A stretch of 53,851 nt of DNA, from NCBI GenBank assembly GCA_964353405.1, contig CAYGWJ010000073.1, forward strand, positions 1-53,851. The letters are read 5' to 3'. A program made the position numbers and the translations under genes. Shown one piece after another: positions 43,183-48,333 of the stretch (position 1 is the stretch's first letter; every line of letters starts with the position of its first letter). The notes below the pieces were generated by a model. It searched no databases and had not been told where the DNA came from. It saw only the letters and a list, made by a program, of their open reading frames with translations. The DNA comes from an uncultured Anaerolineae bacterium (GTDB lineage Bacteria > Chloroflexota > Anaerolineae > Fen-1058).

Positions 43183-43239
43183 CGTAAAACGTAAAACGTG
43201 ATACGTGATGCGTGAGCGATTCACGTTTTACGCTTTACG
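43183..43239. repeat. 19-bp-arm hairpin built from CGTAAAA/CGTGA words, between cobU and cobT
   Basis: CGTAAAACGTAAAACGTGA-(19 nt)-TCACGTTTTACGCTTTACG, 18/19 paired. It uses the same word family as the array at 2958-3016. Confidence 0.9.
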
Positions 43240-43274
43240 TTTCACGAGCGACAATACTGGCAAAAGGAATCAAA

Positions 43275-44336
43275 ATGCTTCTTGACGAAACTATAGCCAA
43301 GATTCAATCGCTGGACGAGCGCGCCATGCAAGCCGCGCGCGAGCGTCAGGCTCAGCTCACCAAGCCGCAAGGCAGCCTGGGCCGGCTGGAGGAAATCTCG
43401 ATTCAACTGGCGGGTATCACTGGGCAAGCACGTCCGCGCATCAGCCAGCCCGTGGTGATCACAATGGCGGGCGATCACGGTGTAGCGTTGCAAGGCGTGA
43501 GCGCCTATCCGCGCGAGGTCACGCCGCAGATGGTGCTCAACTTTTTGCGCGGCGGCGCGGCGATCAATGTGCTGGCGCGGCACGTCGGCGCTCGCGTCGT
43601 CGTGGTGGACATGGGCGTGGCGTCCGATTTTGCGCCGGATGCCGACCTGATCAGCAAAAAGATTGCTTTTGGCACACGTGACTTCTCTCAGGGCGCGGCG
43701 ATGACGCGCGACGAAGCGCAGCGCGCCGTGGAAGCCGGGATCCAAGTCGTGTTGCACGAGATCGAAAATGGCGCGGACATGCTCGCCACGGGCGACATGG
43801 GCATCGGCAATACGACGCCCTCCAGCGCCATCGTCGCCGCGTTCACAGGCCGACCGGTGGCAGAAGTGACGGGGCGCGGCACGGGCGTGGACGATGCGGG
43901 CCTGGCACACAAAGTTGCTATTATCGAACAGGCGCTTCAAGTCAATCAGCCTGATGCTTCAGACGCCCTGGATGTGTTGAGCAAGGTCGGGGGATTCGAG
44001 ATCGGCGGACTGGCGGGAGTGATGCTCGGCGCGGCGGCGCAGCGCGTGCCGGTGGTGATAGATGGCTTTATCTCCGGCGCGGCGGCGCTCATCGCGTATC
44101 ATCTGGCGCCGTCGGTGCAGCCCTACCTGATCGCAGCACACCGCTCGGTCGAGATCGGGCATCGCGTTATGCTGGAGCATCTGAAGCTCAGGCCACTCTT
44201 TGACCTGGACTTGCGATTGGGCGAGGGCACCGGCGCGGCGCTGGGAATTTCGCTGTGCCAGGCCGCGTGCAAAATCCTGGACGAGATGGCGACGTTCGGG
44301 GAAGCGGGGGTGGCGAAGAAGGACCGCCCTGCGTGA
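43275..44336 (+). CDS. cobT: Nicotinate-nucleotide--dimethylbenzimidazole phosphoribosyltransferase
   Basis: MLLDETIAKIQSLDERAMQAARERQAQLTKPQGSLGRLEE..., GDMGIGNTT, LRLGEGTGAA. The present C-terminus ...EMATFGEAGVAKKDRPA* lies in the first copy of a 42-bp duplication. Confidence 0.92.
   Translation: MLLDETIAKIQSLDERAMQAARERQAQLTKPQGSLGRLEEISIQLAGITGQARPRISQPVVITMAGDHGVALQGVSAYPREVTPQMVLNFLRGGAAINVLARHVGARVVVVDMGVASDFAPDADLISKKIAFGTRDFSQGAAMTRDEAQRAVEAGIQVVLHEIENGADMLATGDMGIGNTTPSSAIVAAFTGRPVAEVTGRGTGVDDAGLAHKVAIIEQALQVNQPDASDALDVLSKVGGFEIGGLAGVMLGAAAQRVPVVIDGFISGAAALIAYHLAPSVQPYLIAAHRSVEIGHRVMLEHLKLRPLFDLDLRLGEGTGAALGISLCQAACKILDEMATFGEAGVAKKDRPA
44283..44324 (+). repeat. Direct repeat copy 1 (last codons of cobT)
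   Basis: GAGATGGCGACGTTCGGGGAAGCGGGGGTGGCGAAGAAGGAC. 38/42 identical to 44983-45024, exactly 700 bp downstream. Confidence 0.9.
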
Positions 44337-44367
44337 CGAGTGTCGAGCGACGAATGACTGCAGCCTT

Positions 44368-44634
44368 TCAGGCGTAGGCCGGTTCTGCTGGCCTCTCTTC
44401 CGGTTCCATCTGGAACAGGAAATCCGGGGCCAGGTCGGCGCCGTTCGGCCAGGTTACAGTGCGCGAGTCTGGATCGAGATAGGCCTGGGCAAAATAGGCC
44501 GGATCGCGTAACGGCTGAAAGACTTCGCCATACAGCTCATGCCGAAGATTGACGCGCTTGCGGATGCCATTATCAAAGGTCAGGTCAAGCGAATATGGCC
44601 CTACAACCTCGACTTTTCTCACATGGATAATCAT
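44368..44634 (-). CDS. DUF2442 domain protein
   Basis: MIIHVRKVEVVGPYSLDLTFDNGIRKRVNLRHELYGEVFQPLRDPAYFAQAYLDPDSRTVTWPNGADLAPDFL is the typical DUF2442 text. Confidence 0.8.
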   Translation of the reverse strand: MIIHVRKVEVVGPYSLDLTFDNGIRKRVNLRHELYGEVFQPLRDPAYFAQAYLDPDSRTVTWPNGADLAPDFLFQMEPEERPAEPAYA

Positions 44635-44648
44635 CAGAACGATTCCTT

Positions 44649-44909
44649 CTAGTCCAGCGGCGCGATGGAGCGCAGCGGCAGTCCGGCGCGAGCAAGTTCC
44701 CAGTTTGCGCGCAGTTCGGCCTGATGGATGGCAGCCCACTCAAATACTTGAGAGCGCGTCTTTCTGGACAGGCCACCCTCCAGGATCATGATCGGGTCAA
44801 TGCCCACCTCGGCGGCCTCTTCGCCAAGCTCAGCATGAAAGTGCGGCGGATAGTGTTCGCGGTAATACATCAGAATCTTGATGCCGTTGAAGATGGAGAT
44901 GGTTGGCAT
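44649..44909 (-). CDS. DUF4160 domain protein
   Basis: MPTISIFNGIKILMYYREHYPPHFHAELGEEAAEV... carries the canonical DUF4160 signature (I.MY..EH.PPHFHA). It is paired with DUF2442, as is common. Confidence 0.8.
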   Translation of the reverse strand: MPTISIFNGIKILMYYREHYPPHFHAELGEEAAEVGIDPIMILEGGLSRKTRSQVFEWAAIHQAELRANWELARAGLPLRSIAPLD

Positions 44910-44982
44910 ATTCACATTATAGCACGCCTTCAGAGCAGGAACAAGATTTTGCTGTTTCTGGTTGAGCGCGCAAGTCTTTCGC

Positions 44983-45024
44983 GAGATGGCGACGTTCGGG
45001 GAGGCGGGCGTGGCGACAAAGGAC
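44983..45024 (+). repeat. Direct repeat copy 2 (orphaned former cobT 3' end)
   Basis: GAGATGGCGACGTTCGGGGAGGCGGGCGTGGCGACAAAGGAC. In frame it continues ...EYRSRLK* with TGA at 45046-45048 inside the following hairpin. Confidence 0.9.
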
Positions 45025-45030
45025 GAATAT

Positions 45031-45051
45031 AGGTCACGCTTGAAGTGACCT
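45031..45051 (+). terminator. Hairpin plus T-rich tail, likely the original cobT terminator
   Basis: AGGTCAC-gcttgaa-GTGACCT followed by GCGCTCTTTACTTTTCG. Confidence 0.5.
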
Positions 45052-45394
45052 GCGCTCTTTACTTTTCGCGTTTGCAACCCTGTGTGCTGCCTGCACGCCC
45101 ATGCCCCTGCCCGACCCCGACTTGCTCCCTCCCGTTCCTGCCCAGACGCCCGAGCCGGCCGACGCTTTTGACTTTCCGCTTTCTCCCGAAAATCCGGCCC
45201 CTTTCTGCATTACGTCGGCGGGCCGCTGCCGGTGGACACGCGCTACGCCGCGCAAAACCCCGGCGTGGGCTATACGTGGGATGATAATCCAACGCGCGCC
45301 CGGCCCGACTATTGAGGCTATCGCGAGCCGACGGCGTTTGTCGAAGCGAGAAGATGAGCTGCGGGGTAATGGGATTCTCGCAGAATTGAGAACA

Positions 45395-45421
45395 AAGGCC
45401 GCAGGCGTGACCTGCGGCCTT
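45395..45421. terminator. 11-bp GC-rich hairpin just outside the island's left border
   Basis: AAGGCCGCAGG-cgtga-CCTGCGGCCTT. No clean U-tract on either strand. Confidence 0.4.
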
Positions 45422-45582
45422 GCGTTTCGCGGCAGCGGGCGGCGTTAGGGTGCGTTTCAGTTTTTAGGGCCACCGGTACTGGCGCAGTGCTCCGACGACC
45501 CTGGACACCGGTTTTGCGATGTCTGCGTCTAACTGGTCACAAGTCGCCCAATAATTGAAACGCACCCAGTCAAAACGTTCGT

Positions 45583-45610
45583 TTGACATCATTTCAGAGA
45601 CAAGTATACT
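45583..45610 (+). promoter_or_regulatory. Near-consensus promoter of the three-gene island operon
   Basis: TTGACA (45583-45588), 16 nt, TATACT (45605-45610). About 130 nt upstream of ATG 45741. Confidence 0.45.
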
Positions 45611-45740
45611 ATGGATACAGTTCTTGTAGAGAGCTGACCTCGTAGATTCAGAAAGAACTTTGCAATGATGCAGTTTTTTCTCCAAACCCAGTTTCCTCTT
45701 GGAGCACCAGGTGGAAGCCCCTGCTTTCAAGGAATGCATA

Positions 45741-46898
45741 ATGGGCAAATCCTCAACTGAACCACAGAAATTGCCGATTGACTTTCTTGTCGTTACGCCG
45801 CTTGAGGAAGAGCGGGACGCCTTGCTTGACAAGCTGCCAGGATGGCAAAAAATAGCTCCATCTGAGCAGGATGTTCAAGTCTATTTCCAGTCGGCTCTAT
45901 TGACCACTTTTCCAAATGGCTCTACCAGCGTTTATCAAATTGTCGTGATGCCGCTTGTGGGAATGGGCCGAGTGCAAGCCGCAATGGCAACCAAAGATGC
46001 TATCCGGCAGTGGCACCCTCGCCATGTAATCTTGGTGGGTATTGCGGGTGGGGTGGCCGCCAAGGGTGTGGAACTGGGCGATGTTCTTGTGGCAGACAAA
46101 ATCGTAGATTACGAATTGCAGAAGCAGACCGCCCAGGGTTTGGATATACGGTGGGAAGTCTACAATGCAAGCCCAAGACTGCTCGGGGCAGCCAGAAATT
46201 TGATCGGTGAAAGTTGGTCAGATCTGAGCCGAGTCAAGCGCCCGCAGCGCGGCCAGCCCAAGCGCCATATTGGCCCAATTGCCTCAGGAGACAAAGTCGT
46301 TGACTTCGCCGAGGCCCTGAATATATACCGCGAGACTTGGTCCAAGCTTATTGGGACAGAAATGGAAGCGGGCGGCGTGGCGGCATCAGCATTTCAGTCG
46401 GTTGAGCATGCAGAGTTCTTTATGATTCGGGGTGTTTCGGACCTAGCGGATGGAGACAAGAACAATCCTCAGACTGAAAAGTGGCGCCCTTATGCCTGTG
46501 ATATCGCGGCGGCGTACACCGTCGCACTACTCAAAAGTGGACCGGTTCCGCCAATCAGTGAAGACGTATCTGTCGCTGCGCCTCGACAAGAGACTGTCCA
46601 CTCGGATATTGAAGAATCCTTCAGCAAGCCAAGCCTTGACACACAGGTATTACGAACTCTCTATGCCTATTATCAGATGCATAAAGGGGAACGGCGAATG
46701 AATCTCAATGAATTGGTCACGGCTTGCAGAGCTGATCGGCAAGATATACTACAGTGTCTTTTGGGACTAGAAGAGAAAAGGTGGCTAGAGTATGATGTGA
46801 CAGTTGCGGCAGAAGCCGGGGTGGTGTGGCTTACCGCACTTGGAATCAAAGTTGCTAAGGATATCTATGGAAACAAGCCTGGAAAGCAAAATTCTTGA
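45741..46898 (+). CDS. PNP_UDP_1 (MTA/SAH-nucleosidase-fold) domain protein with C-terminal winged-helix domain
   Basis: Start MGKSSTEPQKLPIDFLVV (AAGGAA upstream). Fold motifs: VVTPLEEERDAL, HVILVGIAGGVAAKGVELGDVLVADKIVDYE, IGPIASGDKVV, GTEMEAGGVAASA, FFMIRGVSDLADGD. The C-terminal ~85 aa are wHTH-like (LRTLYAYYQ...MNLNELVTAC...LLGLEEKRWLEYD...VWLTALGIKVAKD). Confidence 0.85.
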   Translation: MGKSSTEPQKLPIDFLVVTPLEEERDALLDKLPGWQKIAPSEQDVQVYFQSALLTTFPNGSTSVYQIVVMPLVGMGRVQAAMATKDAIRQWHPRHVILVGIAGGVAAKGVELGDVLVADKIVDYELQKQTAQGLDIRWEVYNASPRLLGAARNLIGESWSDLSRVKRPQRGQPKRHIGPIASGDKVVDFAEALNIYRETWSKLIGTEMEAGGVAASAFQSVEHAEFFMIRGVSDLADGDKNNPQTEKWRPYACDIAAAYTVALLKSGPVPPISEDVSVAAPRQETVHSDIEESFSKPSLDTQVLRTLYAYYQMHKGERRMNLNELVTACRADRQDILQCLLGLEEKRWLEYDVTVAAEAGVVWLTALGIKVAKDIYGNKPGKQNS

Positions 46899-48333
46899 CG
46901 AACTTTACACTTGCTTCAATCGCCAGCCCGGTCACCCAGTTACCTTGAGTGAATTGATCGAGGCGATTGGCACGAGTGACATAGGAAAAGTTTGGCAGGA
47001 ACTCAAACGCTTGCAAGAGAAGGGGTGGGTCAAATATCAAATCCTGGAAGACGGAACAGCCGGTACATTTGAAGTGACGTCAGATGGTTGCACAATTGCT
47101 CGAGATAGGCAAAAAACAGTTGCCTATCCTCAGCGTGATAGAGTAAACACTGCTTGCTCCTGCCCAACGACCATAGGCGATCTAATTCAGAAAAAACCAG
47201 ATTGCGCCTCCCTCATTCAGCGCGACGATATTGTGCACGAGATTCAGAAGTACTTTACTCAGAGACCTCCGCCTAAACTGAATTACGTTGTTTTGTATGG
47301 TCAGCCAATGGTAGGAAAGACCTTAATCCTTCGTCGTCTGTGCGAAGTTTTGGGTGGCGAATATGTTACGCTCATGGTGACTGGACAGGGCATCAGTGCA
47401 AGCAATCAGGATGACTATCTGTTCGATCTTGCGTTTCAATTGAAGATCCAGTTCGATCAATGGACTAAACGTCGCGGGTTGTCTCTCAGCCTGGACGCCC
47501 CTGAGCGGGAAGATTTTAGAAAAGGAAGGGGGAGAAATGCGTTTTTTGTGTACTGGAATAATCTTCGACACACGGCTGACAATATACAGCCTGTGGTCAT
47601 GTTCGATGAAATCGAGCACCTATTAGATGATCCACGCCACTTGGATGAGCAGATAATTGCTTTCCTGGACACTTTTGTGAGCGACCCTGATAATGGATAT
47701 TTTGTTTTGGCCGGGTCTGAACGCATATCTCATTCAAGTAATAAGCGGTTTAGCGATTTAATCGGCGATGGATATTCTGTCCGTGTTCCATATTTTGACA
47801 AAGAAGATGTTGAGTCATTCTTTACGGCGCTCCAAGATTACTTTGTCTTGGAAGATGATGCTTTAAAGTGTGTTGTAGCTCTCTGCGATGGGCAGCCTCG
47901 AGTGCTGCAGAACATGTTCGAAGTGATTGCGTCTCTTGCATCTAAATTGCCAGGCAAACGGGAGGTCGGGAACAGCGACGTCAAACTTATCGAGAAAGGC
48001 ATCCTTGAGCGAACCGACAACTTTATATGGGCGCTCGTCCAGCGATTACATCGCGAAGAAAGAGGAGTAGTAACACTGTTCAGTCAAAAGCCATGTGATT
48101 TGAACGACTTGGGGTGCCGCTTAAGACAACTGTTTGAACAGGCAGATCAGCATTTGCAGTCAAAGTTGAACTACAAGAGCCTGGAGGACGGAACTGATTA
48201 TTTGAAAACACGGGAATGGATTGACTGGATAAACCGAGATGAGCGGTTTTTCAATTTCAGGTTAGGGATTGTGCGCTTGTGGCTTAGCCACAATATTCTC
48301 AGTAGTGAGTGGATTGAGGAAACAAGCCAATGA
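46867..48333 (+). CDS. wHTH + P-loop NTPase (AAA/STAND-like ATPase)
   Basis: Start METSLESKILDELY (AAGGA upstream), 32 nt inside the upstream gene. N-terminal wHTH (VTLSELIEAIG...LKRLQEKGWVKYQ...FEVTSDGCTIARD). Walker A YGQPMVGKT, Walker B PVVMFDEIEHLLD. Helical C-terminal half. Confidence 0.85.
   Translation: METSLESKILDELYTCFNRQPGHPVTLSELIEAIGTSDIGKVWQELKRLQEKGWVKYQILEDGTAGTFEVTSDGCTIARDRQKTVAYPQRDRVNTACSCPTTIGDLIQKKPDCASLIQRDDIVHEIQKYFTQRPPPKLNYVVLYGQPMVGKTLILRRLCEVLGGEYVTLMVTGQGISASNQDDYLFDLAFQLKIQFDQWTKRRGLSLSLDAPEREDFRKGRGRNAFFVYWNNLRHTADNIQPVVMFDEIEHLLDDPRHLDEQIIAFLDTFVSDPDNGYFVLAGSERISHSSNKRFSDLIGDGYSVRVPYFDKEDVESFFTALQDYFVLEDDALKCVVALCDGQPRVLQNMFEVIASLASKLPGKREVGNSDVKLIEKGILERTDNFIWALVQRLHREERGVVTLFSQKPCDLNDLGCRLRQLFEQADQHLQSKLNYKSLEDGTDYLKTREWIDWINRDERFFNFRLGIVRLWLSHNILSSEWIEETSQ

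Noticed and set aside
45101-45448. 115-aa plus-strand ORF between the orphaned cobT end and the island
   Set aside because: Pro/Arg-rich, with no start context. A neighbouring frame gives ...GPLPVDTRYAAQNPGVGYTWDDNP..., suggesting at most a frameshifted remnant. I cannot assign it to a family, so it is not reported as a feature.
45395-45470. tRNA or tmRNA fragment as the integration target at the island's left border
   Set aside because: The only structure is a simple 11-bp stem-loop. I could find no cloverleaf arms, T-loop (GTTCRANYC) or CCA-proximal acceptor sequence.
45464-45832. 122-aa minus-strand ORF at the island's left edge (or its 42-aa tail MMSNERFDWVRF... from 45592)
   Set aside because: It overlaps the predicted promoter, the 5' UTR and the start of the PNP-fold gene. 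It has no RBS and no recognisable motif. A short genuine ORF (45464-45592) cannot be excluded.
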